A stretch of DNA of 64,000 nt from a virus. Its lineage: Duplodnaviria; Caudoviricetes. A program made the translations under genes and the position numbers. Location of the stretch: the IMG/VR virus record IMGVR_UViG_3300011442_000009, positions 11,331 through 75,330 of that record. One strand, 5' to 3'. The notes beneath the pieces were generated by a model that was given only the letters and a program-made list of their open reading frames with translations, was not told the DNA's origin and ran no database searches. Positions 35,444-45,184 of the stretch are shown in pieces. Within the stretch, counting starts at the first letter, position 1. Each line of letters starts with the position of its first letter.

Positions 35444-37000
35444 TTATGCGTATCCGCCGCCGAAGGCTACACGTAGTGCTTGGATCGCGTTGTAGAATGC
35501 TTGCGCCTCTGCCGCAGAAAGTCCGGTGTGGATCGCAAAAAAGCTGTGTCGAGTGGTGACCACATCGGAAGCAACTCCTCCGCTATTCGTGCTAAAAGCG
35601 TATATTTCCAGAGGAGCGTTCGCGCGAGTGCCTATAGAAGACTGCGTTGTACTGCTGAGCACCGAACTAAACGCCGCGATGGAGCTGGCTCGATATACTG
35701 CCGCGGAAGTCGCGTTAGTTCTATTGCCGCTTATGAAACCGGCCTCCGCGGGCATCCCGCCGATCAACCGTCCTCCTACGGCGTTCCAGCAATCGAAAAT
35801 TACTAGGCTGATGTAGTCCATCGCCAAAATAAAATTGGCGGTTCCGCAGCCGATTTTTTGCTCTGCGGTAGATACGGGTCTGTAGTACGTCAATCCGGCA
35901 GAGTTGTCTCCGGCATAGTCCGAGGCCGGTATGACGCCCGACTTTAAATATTTGGTTCCATCACTGATGAGACCGTTTACCGTGAGATCTCCAGAAAGGA
36001 ATCCCATGTTAGTCCACGGCGTATTCCCGGCGGTCTTAGTGATAGGAGTGATCGCCGCGATCAAATTGTCGGGAGCCATGACCACTACCGAGATCATTTT
36101 CGTATGGATCCCCGCAGAAATGAGCGAAGTCCAGAAAGTGCTAACCGCGGATTTCGATCCGCTGGACGGGGCCGCGCCGCCGTTCGTCACAACCTGATTT
36201 GACCAAGTATACGCGAGGTAATCCCCGGCTGAGAGCACTGTGAGAACCGCAGCGTCGCTCAACACGGAACCGGCGGCATTAGTAACCAAAACGGTATACG
36301 AACCCGTATCTCCCAGCGCGGGGGACGCGAAGGTAAGAGTACTTCCGGTTTCTCCGCCGATATCCACTCCCGCCTTTTTCCATTGGTAGGTAAGCGGGGC
36401 GGTTCCTGTTGCAGTTACTGAGAGAACCGTGGCCGTGCCCACTTCCACCGTCTGGGATTGCGGCTGAACGGTAATCGTCGGAGCGATAATCGCTGGATTT
36501 ACCACTAGCGAGACGGTATCGCTGACAACGGTCCCCGCTTCGTTTGTAATGATAACCCGGTAATCTCCGGAATCGGAAGGAACCGCATTCGAAATAGAAA
36601 ATGAACTTGAAGTCGCTCCGGGGATGTCGACGCCGTTCTTCTGCCACTGGTATGCGAGCGGCGCAGTTCCGGATGCAGTGACTGAGAAAAGTGCCGTTTC
36701 TCCTTCGTCAAGGACTTCCGATTCCGGCTGCCCGGTAACCTCTGGAGAAACCGGGGGCACCGGGGGCTCAATAAACGGAGTCATGTACACGTTATAGCAA
36801 ACCGCTCCGGGGTATTCGTCCCACGTCAGGAACCCATCCTCTGTTATGCGATACTGGACGCACGCGAGAGGATTGACTGGCTCGATTGAGACCGAGGGAG
36901 AGCCGGAACTTGTGGGGACGAATTGCACTCCGCAGATCGGAGGGCACACGTAATGGATCTTCGGACGCCGGGCGTACAAATTGTCAAGTAAGACGTTCAT
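35444..37000 (-). CDS. Virion protein with two Ig I-set-like domains and a C-terminal lectin-like domain (518 aa)
   Basis: Two copies of QPxSxxVxxGxxAxxSVTAxGTAPLxYQWxKxGxDIxG...SDxGxYxVxxTNxAG. Confidence 0.85.
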   Translation of the reverse strand: MNVLLDNLYARRPKIHYVCPPICGVQFVPTSSGSPSVSIEPVNPLACVQYRITEDGFLTWDEYPGAVCYNVYMTPFIEPPVPPVSPEVTGQPESEVLDEGETALFSVTASGTAPLAYQWQKNGVDIPGATSSSFSISNAVPSDSGDYRVIITNEAGTVVSDTVSLVVNPAIIAPTITVQPQSQTVEVGTATVLSVTATGTAPLTYQWKKAGVDIGGETGSTLTFASPALGDTGSYTVLVTNAAGSVLSDAAVLTVLSAGDYLAYTWSNQVVTNGGAAPSSGSKSAVSTFWTSLISAGIHTKMISVVVMAPDNLIAAITPITKTAGNTPWTNMGFLSGDLTVNGLISDGTKYLKSGVIPASDYAGDNSAGLTYYRPVSTAEQKIGCGTANFILAMDYISLVIFDCWNAVGGRLIGGMPAEAGFISGNRTNATSAAVYRASSIAAFSSVLSSTTQSSIGTRANAPLEIYAFSTNSGGVASDVVTTRHSFFAIHTGLSAAEAQAFYNAIQALRVAFGGGYA

Positions 37001-39039
37001 TAGTCGAGTCCCACACCGGTTGAATAGCTAGCAGGCTGAACCGCGGATAATTCCTGCTCCGCGAATTTCGTTGCGATAATTTTTGCCACACGATCCGCCG
37101 CGCGTTGGGACACAATACTCTCGGCTACTCCGGCACCCGTCGCTACAAAACCGTTCTGCTCGAGTGTTGCAGTTGCCACTGCCAAAAAATGATTCTCGGG
37201 GGCGTTAGCTAGGCCCGCTACTAGTTCCGGATACGTATCCGCTTTCACGGCCTCGCCATCATAGCGCACCGCGCGTTTGCCTTCTTCGTCCTCGCAGGCT
37301 TTCGGATTGCCATCGAGATCAGGATTCTCCAGAATCGAGACTGGGCGAATCCATCGGATCGTAGCTGGGCCATGCCCAGATATGAGGATCTGGAAATTCG
37401 TATCGATATTGTCCCGCTCGCTCTTTTCGACTGGACACGCGCCGCTCTGAGTAGCGGTCTGCTCGTCGGCATCCTGAGTCCTCACTGTGCGAGACTGCGG
37501 CTTGAAAGAAAAGATCTGCGAGTCGAGATCTATGGGCAAATCGTAGGATAGACTCCCGCGCTCTGCGTTCAATTTCGTCACTAGAAATGGTTCAAAGGAC
37601 CCGCTCATTCCACCGGCGTAGAACGCGCCGAGATCTAAATCTTCCTCGATTGCGCTTAGCGCGACGTCGACCCATTTGAGTCGGCACTTGCTTCCGGGAG
37701 GTTTTGCTTGAACCGCGGCCGTCTGTCCGAAATAACCGCGAGTAAAGATCGCCCACGCGATAGGACAACCGTTGTCGAGCCGGTTTGGCTGGAAGGTTTC
37801 CCAGAGGCGATTTTTTCCGTCTTCGTCGTGTGCAACGTGAAAGGCTCTTTCTACTCCGCCGACTTGCCCGCACATCCACTGAACCGGCCGGGTGCCGAGC
37901 CAGTAGCCGTTCCAGCACGGACCAGAGTCGTCTGACATGCTGGTGAAGCTGGCGTTGTTTATGATCCACGTAGTGCGGTTGTACGTATCCTCTGAAGGCA
38001 GAGAAAGCATGATGAACTGACCGAACTTGCCGGAGGCCGCAAAAGAGAGATCATCGCTCAAACGGCTTTTGTCCTCGAGCATTTCGGAATCCCGAATCGG
38101 GAGCCGGGTCGTCAGCTTGGCCGAAGTAGCCGGATCGTAAATTGCCACGCCAGCCGGAGAGTACCAAATCAATTTTCCAAAGTGAGAGATAACCGATCTG
38201 TGGGACCAGCAGCCGACCTGAATAATTTCCTCTTGAAAATTGATGGTCGTAGGCCAGAGGCTGCGATCCCGGATGCTCGCCTGAACGAGGGATCCATTGG
38301 CCTGCGTGAACACCATGAGCTGCGGCGCTTCTGCCGCGGGAGTGCGAGACATCGCAGTAATCTTTCCGATGAATCGAAAGCTGGATTGCCCGCCAAGATA
38401 AACATTTTCCCGGAAAGAAAACGGGTTCGAGTTGTCGCTCGCGAAAAGCTCGTCGTCCACTGCGACCCAGAGACGATCTCCTACCCAAACCATCGGCCCG
38501 CCTGACGGAGTGCCGTACAGGTTTCCTTTGATGTGCCCGGCATTCAGACCGTCGTACCAACCGGGGGCTGTCTCGCTACCGTCTTGGATCATCAGGACCG
38601 CCTTACTGGGAATTACCTCAATCGCCGATCCGAGATCGGTAGTCAGGCGCTGCGCGGACTGTAAAGTCTGCTCGAAAAATACTTCACCGGCGTACGGAGA
38701 AAACTGGAGGCCCGGGATTTTCGTGAATGTGGTAAACGGCCACAGGCTCTGGTAGATCTCACCGTTGACCGCGACCACCGCGATCTCAGCTCCTATGAGG
38801 GGCCGGAAAATAAACCCGCCTTGGAGGTTGCCATCTGGTAGCGTCGCCCAACACTTATATCCGGGACGGCAGGACCAGAGCCCGCCGATGTTCGTCATGT
38901 TGATCACCTGCCAAGCGTACCCTTGCGGGAGCTGGGCGGGATCCATGTCTGAGCGCACGCCAGAAGGCCAGCTCGAGTCCATATCGAGCAGCCTCGTCCC
39001 GGCAATGACCGTATCGAACGTAGTTGCAGCGGAAGCCAT
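37000..39039 (-). CDS. Putative tail tubular/nozzle protein (P22 gp10 or T7 gp12-like role), 679 aa
   Basis: Beta-rich, propeller-like sequence; size and position after the adaptor-like gene. Confidence 0.6.
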   Translation of the reverse strand: MASAATTFDTVIAGTRLLDMDSSWPSGVRSDMDPAQLPQGYAWQVINMTNIGGLWSCRPGYKCWATLPDGNLQGGFIFRPLIGAEIAVVAVNGEIYQSLWPFTTFTKIPGLQFSPYAGEVFFEQTLQSAQRLTTDLGSAIEVIPSKAVLMIQDGSETAPGWYDGLNAGHIKGNLYGTPSGGPMVWVGDRLWVAVDDELFASDNSNPFSFRENVYLGGQSSFRFIGKITAMSRTPAAEAPQLMVFTQANGSLVQASIRDRSLWPTTINFQEEIIQVGCWSHRSVISHFGKLIWYSPAGVAIYDPATSAKLTTRLPIRDSEMLEDKSRLSDDLSFAASGKFGQFIMLSLPSEDTYNRTTWIINNASFTSMSDDSGPCWNGYWLGTRPVQWMCGQVGGVERAFHVAHDEDGKNRLWETFQPNRLDNGCPIAWAIFTRGYFGQTAAVQAKPPGSKCRLKWVDVALSAIEEDLDLGAFYAGGMSGSFEPFLVTKLNAERGSLSYDLPIDLDSQIFSFKPQSRTVRTQDADEQTATQSGACPVEKSERDNIDTNFQILISGHGPATIRWIRPVSILENPDLDGNPKACEDEEGKRAVRYDGEAVKADTYPELVAGLANAPENHFLAVATATLEQNGFVATGAGVAESIVSQRAADRVAKIIATKFAEQELSAVQPASYSTGVGLD

Positions 39040-39040
39040 T

Positions 39041-40048
39041 TTATCGTATGTCGTAGTCGTACTTATCCCGAGGGCTGTTCCAATCCAAGATTTGAGGCGG
39101 CATGTACGTCGGCGGCTCCAGCTTCAATTGCGCCTCGAGCTCCAGCCGGGCCGCATTGGCTTCGAATTGCTGCCCATTGGCAAGCTGCTGCTCGCTGTAG
39201 AGCTTCCGCGCGCGGAGCGCCATGAGGAACGCCACTCTGCTGCTCATCGGAATGTGATCCCAACGAGAACGAAATTCATTGATCGATTTGATGTACGCGA
39301 TACGCACCCAAGAGCAGGACCTGTTTAAACGTATCCTTCGGTACTGGGGCAAAGTCTCGTCGGGTTCGTAAACGCCGAGGAGCAGCCCGGGGCTGTTCGT
39401 GCTGCCGTCATCGATTGTGGAGAGCCGGATCTGTCCAACAGAAAGACCCTTCTGGACGCTGGTGATCCTCGCCACGATTGGCGCGGTGTCATCGGGGACT
39501 GCAACGCCGTAGATCGTCGGCACTCGGTACCCGTTCAGCCAGACGCCATTTTCCAGACGCCGAAGAACATTGCCGTTGCTGTCGTACCCGAAAACGATCA
39601 AAGCCACTCCATTGTCCGCCGGTGTCGCGGTATACGCTACGAGCTTCGCCGGTGTGATAAGGTCCCGGTAGGTCGGCCAGCCGTATCCCTTGTCGTCGTA
39701 CGACCATTCGCAGACCGTACGGCAAGAGCCGGTGCCGTTCAAATGGAATTCGAAAAGTTGGCTGCGGCCTAAGAGAGGTTGACCGCCGATGTTCACCCCA
39801 ATAACTGTCAGAACCTCTCTCGGGAGGGAGAGGCATCTGCGACCGCAGCCGGAGGAGTTGCCGCAATTCATTCCGCTCTGACAAGAGCAGCCCACCGTGC
39901 AGATATCCGCCCAGCCCTTAATGCCCTCTAGATCCTCTTTGTTCGCGACAAGAGAGACCGCGTCTCCGACCCAGCGCAAAAGCTTGGCATCGTCACAGGT
40001 GCCGATGACCTGCTTGGCGTCTTCCCAGATCGAGTCTACGGTGAACAT
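39041..40048 (-). CDS. Putative head-tail adaptor (335 aa)
   Basis: Position upstream of the nozzle gene; helical termini with a beta-rich middle. Confidence 0.5.
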   Translation of the reverse strand: MFTVDSIWEDAKQVIGTCDDAKLLRWVGDAVSLVANKEDLEGIKGWADICTVGCSCQSGMNCGNSSGCGRRCLSLPREVLTVIGVNIGGQPLLGRSQLFEFHLNGTGSCRTVCEWSYDDKGYGWPTYRDLITPAKLVAYTATPADNGVALIVFGYDSNGNVLRRLENGVWLNGYRVPTIYGVAVPDDTAPIVARITSVQKGLSVGQIRLSTIDDGSTNSPGLLLGVYEPDETLPQYRRIRLNRSCSWVRIAYIKSINEFRSRWDHIPMSSRVAFLMALRARKLYSEQQLANGQQFEANAARLELEAQLKLEPPTYMPPQILDWNSPRDKYDYDIR

Positions 40049-40051
40049 ATT

Positions 40052-40390
40052 TTAGTAGGATTCTTTGTCTTTGCCGAAAGCTTTTGCCAGTGCGTCGAGA
40101 GCATCCTCCGCGGAGGTGTCGCGCTTCGAAGGGCGGTTGTCTTTCTCGCCCTTCACTTTTTCAATCGAAAGAACTTCGACGGTGCATGTGTACCGGCCTT
40201 CCCGTACGTCCTCGGTCTCGCGCACAGTCCGGAACTTGATCACCATTTCTCCTTCCTCCGGGAGCTCGAGCTCCTTGTCGCCGGAGTAAGTAAATTCAGG
40301 GTAATAAACACGGTCCCGGTCGTTGATCGGGGTCGCGATGCTGCCGCCGCCAAATTCGCTAGCACGGCCGAGATCTATTGGAGTACTCAT
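40052..40390 (-). CDS. Acidic hypothetical protein (112 aa)
   Basis: ATG 8 nt after the late promoter motif. Confidence 0.65.
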   Translation of the reverse strand: MSTPIDLGRASEFGGGSIATPINDRDRVYYPEFTYSGDKELELPEEGEMVIKFRTVRETEDVREGRYTCTVEVLSIEKVKGEKDNRPSKRDTSAEDALDALAKAFGKDKESY

Positions 40391-40394
40391 AGTA

Positions 40395-40435
40395 TAGAAC
40401 AGTCGGAGGTTACCGTATCTCGCGCCAGTTAAAAG
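40395..40435 (-). repeat. 41-bp direct repeat, copy A (contains late promoter TGGCGC-N16-CGACTGT)
   Basis: 37 of 41 positions identical to 42034-42074. Confidence 0.85.
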
Positions 40436-42011
40436 TAGCCATCGCCGCGGTCGTCCCGCCGATCCCAGTAACCAACAAGGAAAGAGTGCCTAGAGAACGC
40501 GCCACCCCGGCGGCGTCCAGTGTAATCGGATATCTATTGTTCAGCGACACGGAGGGAGCGCTTCGACTGCCTCCATTGGCCGCGACATACCCACTTTGGA
40601 GAACAATAGATGGGGAACCGCTGATCGTCCCGGCAGTGTTAAACTCCGTCGTCGAGTAGCCCGTATTCACGTTAGTGAATGCGGTAGTGCCGCTTATCGC
40701 CTGCCCCAGCACAAGTTCCCACTGAATTGGTCGGTCTCCGGTGCCGGTAATCTCTATCGATTCCAGTACGAACTTAGACCGAGTTGTTATAGAATTGAAA
40801 GTCGCTCTCGGGCGGACCGAGAGGAGATGCACGCGCGTACCGTTTCCTGCTGTGGCAGCACCGGAGATCGAAAAGGAGAGCCCGGGTATGTCTTCTTGCC
40901 CTCCGTTTGAAGAGACGCTGGCGCATACAAAACGCATCGTGGTCGAGACCGTTCCGGTGCAAGTCATCCCGGCTCTGATCGGCAGGTTCGCGCTCTGGAT
41001 GTATGGGAAGGCCACTGTATTCGCATGGCGAAACTCGTGCACCGGAACTATGCGGCCGTCGATGTCAAAACCGACGCGAACCCGGCCGGTATACAGCGCT
41101 TGAATATCGATGACAAAAATCTGAGCCTTTGTGAGATCGAGAGTCTCGCCGCTAATCCCAGTTCCGTCAAGTTTGTCGATGTTCCAATTGGCTTTCGTGA
41201 CTATCTGGTTGCCGTTTCCGGTGCCGGACAGCAGGGCCAACTGAACCGTAGTGCCGTCCTGCTGGAGCTCTACCCCGTTCACCCCGTCGGAGTATCCTAT
41301 AAACTTCAAGGTGTTCACCACGGCCTCTATAAAATTGAACGTAACAAAAACCTCGAGAGACCTGCCCGGCTGATACCGGAAGCACTCGAAGCTTTGAAGA
41401 AAAGATTTACCTCCGGTCGGCGTGCTCGCAAAGGTCATGAGCGCGCTTCGGTTCGTGGAATCGTGGGCCACGGTCGCGCCGGTCCCGAGAACTATTGTCT
41501 CATACACGAGAGGCGGGATCTCGTAAGTGAGTTGAGAATCGAAAACATACGTTGGAGTCGCTACTCTGAGCCGAGAGAACGCGTCGAGCGTGTCCGGAAT
41601 GGTAACCGTGACCGGGTCGGTTATGTGGCTAATCGGCACCTCTGCGGCAATCGATACTGGGACCGTTCCGGCTATCGATACCGGGGCCGCTACCGACACC
41701 GGGACCGTTCCGGCTATTGATACCGGGGTCGCGATGCTGCTAACCGCGACCGGATTCGTGATGCTACTCACTGCGACTGTTCCGCCCACCGTAGCCAAAA
41801 TCGGTTGCGGAAACGATACCGGCAGCGGAGCATCGGCCGTTACGTGCCACAGAGCCCCGGATGGATCCGGGAAAACTCCCAGAGGCTGGGTGATGTTTAC
41901 GTTATCGAAGTGGATTGCGTCAATTGGTATGCCCTCGTTTAAACGCGTTAGAACTTTTCGAAGCAGGTTGTTGTCTGAATCTGCCTGTTTGTACGTAGTG
42001 TCTGTTGCCAT
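40410..42011 (-). CDS. Ser/Thr/Val-rich virion structural protein (533 aa)
   Basis: GGAGG leader; N-terminus shares TTYxQADxDxxxxRKxL with the 106-aa repeat protein; internal PVS(I/V)AG repeats. Confidence 0.75.
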   Translation of the reverse strand: MATDTTYKQADSDNNLLRKVLTRLNEGIPIDAIHFDNVNITQPLGVFPDPSGALWHVTADAPLPVSFPQPILATVGGTVAVSSITNPVAVSSIATPVSIAGTVPVSVAAPVSIAGTVPVSIAAEVPISHITDPVTVTIPDTLDAFSRLRVATPTYVFDSQLTYEIPPLVYETIVLGTGATVAHDSTNRSALMTFASTPTGGKSFLQSFECFRYQPGRSLEVFVTFNFIEAVVNTLKFIGYSDGVNGVELQQDGTTVQLALLSGTGNGNQIVTKANWNIDKLDGTGISGETLDLTKAQIFVIDIQALYTGRVRVGFDIDGRIVPVHEFRHANTVAFPYIQSANLPIRAGMTCTGTVSTTMRFVCASVSSNGGQEDIPGLSFSISGAATAGNGTRVHLLSVRPRATFNSITTRSKFVLESIEITGTGDRPIQWELVLGQAISGTTAFTNVNTGYSTTEFNTAGTISGSPSIVLQSGYVAANGGSRSAPSVSLNNRYPITLDAAGVARSLGTLSLLVTGIGGTTAAMATFNWREIR

Positions 42012-42033
42012 AACTTACCTTTCCTCCGAGCAT

Positions 42034-42074
42034 TAGAACAGTCGAAGGTTACCGAACCTTGCGCCAGTTAAAAG
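42034..42074 (-). repeat. 41-bp direct repeat, copy B (contains late promoter TGGCGC-N16-CGACTGT)
   Basis: 37 of 41 positions identical to 40395-40435. Confidence 0.85.
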
Positions 42075-42256
42075 AGAGGAGTGACTTGCGTAGGGACGAG
42101 GGTGTCAGGAGGAAGATTCCCGGAATCGTCCGGGTTCGTCACCGCGAGCGTGTAGCCCGGAGGACGAATGGTCATAGCGCCGCCACGCGTTCCTTCGCAG
42201 GGTCCTGCGAGGACGTGATCGACATCTTTGATCAATGGAAAATTGCTACCGTTCAT
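42068..42256 (-). CDS. Small hypothetical protein (62 aa)
   Basis: Fills the gap after the fibre gene; a late-promoter-like motif lies at 42280-42308. Confidence 0.45.
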   Translation of the reverse strand: MNGSNFPLIKDVDHVLAGPCEGTRGGAMTIRPPGYTLAVTNPDDSGNLPPDTLVPTQVTPLF

Positions 42257-42257
42257 T

Positions 42258-43310
42258 TTAGGTTACCCGTACCCACGTAACAGTCGTACGAGGAGCGATC
42301 AGGCGACAGTCTTTCCCGAAGGACTGAAGCTCGATAGTCGTGTAGTTGCTCGTGGTCGTTACTATCGCACAGGAGGAAATCGGGACGTACGAACCGCCGG
42401 AAAATCCGGTCAGCGCGACGAAAGACCCGGGAAGGAACTTTGGATCCTGCGTAGGATCCGGAGAAGTGTTGTTTGCGGGGTTTGTGGTATCGACGAGCCC
42501 CGCATAAACCGTGGGATTGCTCCCTGTGGCGTACACCATCGTGACGAACCGGAAAAGATACTTCCCGGCAGAAGTCAGTCTAAACGTCACTTTCCCAGTA
42601 TCTGCGCTAGGAGTGAAATTCACCAGAGTCGCCGCGGCCGTCGGTACGAAATCTGTCTGATCGTCCGCGCCGACGAAGCTGCCGGTTTGCTGTGTGGGAC
42701 CCGCAGACAGCGTTTCCCCATTTTCGCCGTCGATGCCCTTGTCCCCCGGAAGTCCTTTGTCTCCCTTGTCTCCAGTAAGCCCGAGATCGCCGTGTGGGCC
42801 TTGCAGATCCTGTCCTTTAGGCCCGGTGGGTATGATCAGCTTACCGGCCGCTATGACGCCGCTTGCGCCAAGCTGGGGCTGTACTAGGGTCACCGTGAGG
42901 TTCCCATAATCGTCCGCAACGAGGACCTGATACCACCCGGAACTTCCCACGAAAATTATTTCGTTGACCTTGATCACCGGGTTGAAAATGGTGCGTAGGA
43001 TGAACGGCGTGCTGTTCGTGGGTTGGGTGAAGGACGCGATTGAAACCGTGTAGCCGTTGAACCCGTTCAGGCCCATGAGCCCCGGCTCGCCTTTGGGGCC
43101 GCGCAATGCTTCAATCTCCTCACGCAGGAGGCGCAGGAAATAACAAGCCACTCCTTCGTCCGCGCTGCGCGGGTCGTCCGGAAGACCGGTATCGAGACTG
43201 CACGGAAGCTCCCACGCCACTATCCCGGGAGAAACGTCTACCTTCGTAACGCCATCCCCGAACAACGAGAAGGTGAAATTGTTTACTTGGCTTTGAAGTG
43301 ATTCGGCCAT
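42258..43310 (-). CDS. Collagen-repeat fibre protein, paralog 2 (350 aa)
   Basis: Two G-X-Y stretches; N-terminal LPCSLDTGLP...ACYFLRL shared with the next gene. Confidence 0.8.
   Translation of the reverse strand: MAESLQSQVNNFTFSLFGDGVTKVDVSPGIVAWELPCSLDTGLPDDPRSADEGVACYFLRLLREEIEALRGPKGEPGLMGLNGFNGYTVSIASFTQPTNSTPFILRTIFNPVIKVNEIIFVGSSGWYQVLVADDYGNLTVTLVQPQLGASGVIAAGKLIIPTGPKGQDLQGPHGDLGLTGDKGDKGLPGDKGIDGENGETLSAGPTQQTGSFVGADDQTDFVPTAAATLVNFTPSADTGKVTFRLTSAGKYLFRFVTMVYATGSNPTVYAGLVDTTNPANNTSPDPTQDPKFLPGSFVALTGFSGGSYVPISSCAIVTTTSNYTTIELQSFGKDCRLIAPRTTVTWVRVT
42280..42308 (-). promoter_or_regulatory. Putative late promoter TGTCGC-N16-CGACTGT
   Basis: Consensus -10; -35 has one mismatch. Confidence 0.45.
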
Positions 43311-44431
43311 TAGCTTAGTTGGACAAAGGTGATCGTAGTGTTCTCAGGGTAGACCTTACCCTGTTTCCCGAAAGCTTCAAGCCGCACAATCTGGTTCGGG
43401 ACAGTAGTGACGTGAATCGCGGACATCGGAATAATTCGCACGGTATTCGAGGCGTTGAATTCCTCGGTTCCGGTTACTGCGGCCGCGGCGGTCTCGTCAT
43501 AGAGCCGCACCGAGAACGCGACACCAGACGTATGGGAGGAGATCGCAGTGGTTACCGTCAGAAGGTACGTCCCGGCGGTCGTGAGAGTCACCTTCGGCAT
43601 CGAGGACGTAAAATCAACAGGAGTCCATGCCGGGCCAGTGTTGGGATTCGTATAGAGCGTACCGGCGTCATCGTGGTACTGACCATTGTTATTCGTGGTG
43701 CCAGAAGTCGGGCCGCTCAATCCGGGAAGACCCTGATCGCCCTGCTCTCCCTTATCACCGTCATCGCCCTTCAAACCCTTCTGTCCGGGATCGCCCTTTT
43801 CGCCGGGAACTGAAAGACCTTGTGCACCCGCTGGAAGAACCAAACTCCCCGCGGCAATCGTTACCGGGGGATTCGTTACAATCGCCAGAAGCGCCAGAAA
43901 AAGGGTTCCATCCGCGATGTTCGCGTCCACGCGATACCACCCAGAAGACTCAATGAAAACCTGCATGCCCGGTAAGATCGCCGGGTTGTACGAGGTTCTG
44001 ACTTGGATCTGCGGGTTCTGGAGAGTCGGCTGCGTGAACGACTGCGTAAGTGCCGTGTACGCGTTGCGTCCATCCGCGCCGGGATTCCCACGATCTCCGG
44101 GAAGACCGGGAGTGCCGAGTATGCCGTCCGCAAAGAGTCGGAGAAAATAGCATGCCAAAGGCTCGGTAGCGCCGCGCGCGTTATTCGGCAGACCGGTGTC
44201 GAGAGTGCACGGCAGAGACCAGCTCACGACGCCGTTGATTTCGGTCTTGATTACTTCACCGAAAAACTGCTTGGTGAAATTCTCGATCTGGCTCGGAAGC
44301 GTTTCGCTGGCTGCCGTGTTGGTCGGATCCGTTCGGCACGGATTGCCGCAGGACATGAACCCGTTCGTACACGTGTCTAGCGGGTTTACGTTAGAATTCT
44401 CGGTCCCGTCACCGCAGCTTGTGCAAGGCAT
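43310..44431 (-). CDS. Collagen-repeat fibre protein, paralog 1 (373 aa)
   Basis: G-X-Y repeats; Cys-rich N-terminus; beta-sandwich-like C-terminus. Confidence 0.8.
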   Translation of the reverse strand: MPCTSCGDGTENSNVNPLDTCTNGFMSCGNPCRTDPTNTAASETLPSQIENFTKQFFGEVIKTEINGVVSWSLPCTLDTGLPNNARGATEPLACYFLRLFADGILGTPGLPGDRGNPGADGRNAYTALTQSFTQPTLQNPQIQVRTSYNPAILPGMQVFIESSGWYRVDANIADGTLFLALLAIVTNPPVTIAAGSLVLPAGAQGLSVPGEKGDPGQKGLKGDDGDKGEQGDQGLPGLSGPTSGTTNNNGQYHDDAGTLYTNPNTGPAWTPVDFTSSMPKVTLTTAGTYLLTVTTAISSHTSGVAFSVRLYDETAAAAVTGTEEFNASNTVRIIPMSAIHVTTVPNQIVRLEAFGKQGKVYPENTTITFVQLS

Positions 44432-44434
44432 AAA

Positions 44435-45184
44435 TTATTTCAGTAAATGGTCTACCACCGACTTGACGTCTCCGTCCTGCGCCTTTTTATGCGACTCGAC
44501 GAAGGCATCCAAAATTGACTGCCGAAGAACCGGGTCCTCGAGAGTATCGTTGGCCCACTTCATAAATTTCTTTCCGCCGTCTACGAGCTGTACCACTCCC
44601 CTCGAGGCCGTAGAGCTCGCGACATTCATCGCCCCTACTCCAACCATCGCCGCGGGATTCGCCGCGGAAGCCGCAGTCAATACCAGCTTGAGGACATGAA
44701 ATCCAAGAAAAGCAAAAAGCGCTGCAGCGCCCAGCCATACAAAGTACGGAACCTGCACGAGGCCGGTGCCTTCAATCTTTTTGCCGACGTTCTCGTTACT
44801 ATCATCCTTAAAAGAATCGACCTTTTTGGAAAGCACCGCGAGCGTTTTGCGCACCTCATCCGCCAGCGCCACGGTGTCAATCGTGGGCCGCTTAGCCGGA
44901 GGCCCGAGGACGTCCGCGACCGCGTCGGTCAGCACGACCGTTTCAGTAGCGGGGGAAATGACGAACGGGCTCGCCTTTTCTGCGACGGCGGCGACTAGCG
45001 TCTCGCTCGCCTTTTCTTTTGCGCGCTGCGCGGCCTGCCTTTGTGTCTCCTTCGCCGCCTGCGTCGCCTCTGGGAACTTTTTCACCTTGTCCTGAAAGAG
45101 TTCCACCTTCTTGGGTATTAGTGTCCCGCAGCCGGTAAGAAAGACCAAGGCGACGAGCGATAAAAGATAGGATGTTTTTTTCAT
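44435..45184 (-). CDS. Lipoprotein with coiled coil and C-terminal membrane segment; unimolecular-spanin-like
   Basis: MKK plus hydrophobic stretch and lipobox LTGC; helical periplasmic part; TM segment VPYFVWLGAAALFAFLGFHVL. Confidence 0.65.
   Translation of the reverse strand: MKKTSYLLSLVALVFLTGCGTLIPKKVELFQDKVKKFPEATQAAKETQRQAAQRAKEKASETLVAAVAEKASPFVISPATETVVLTDAVADVLGPPAKRPTIDTVALADEVRKTLAVLSKKVDSFKDDSNENVGKKIEGTGLVQVPYFVWLGAAALFAFLGFHVLKLVLTAASAANPAAMVGVGAMNVASSTASRGVVQLVDGGKKFMKWANDTLEDPVLRQSILDAFVESHKKAQDGDVKSVVDHLLK

Noticed and set aside
40395-42074. Repeat pair as the TR/VR of a diversity-generating retroelement
   Set aside because: No reverse transcriptase in the window, the repeat is only 41 bp, and mismatches are not confined to adenines of one copy.
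42034-42074. Programmed -1 frameshift extending the 62-aa ORF to end in FNWRKVR
   Set aside because: No canonical slippery heptamer; the match is better explained by duplication of the promoter-containing segment.
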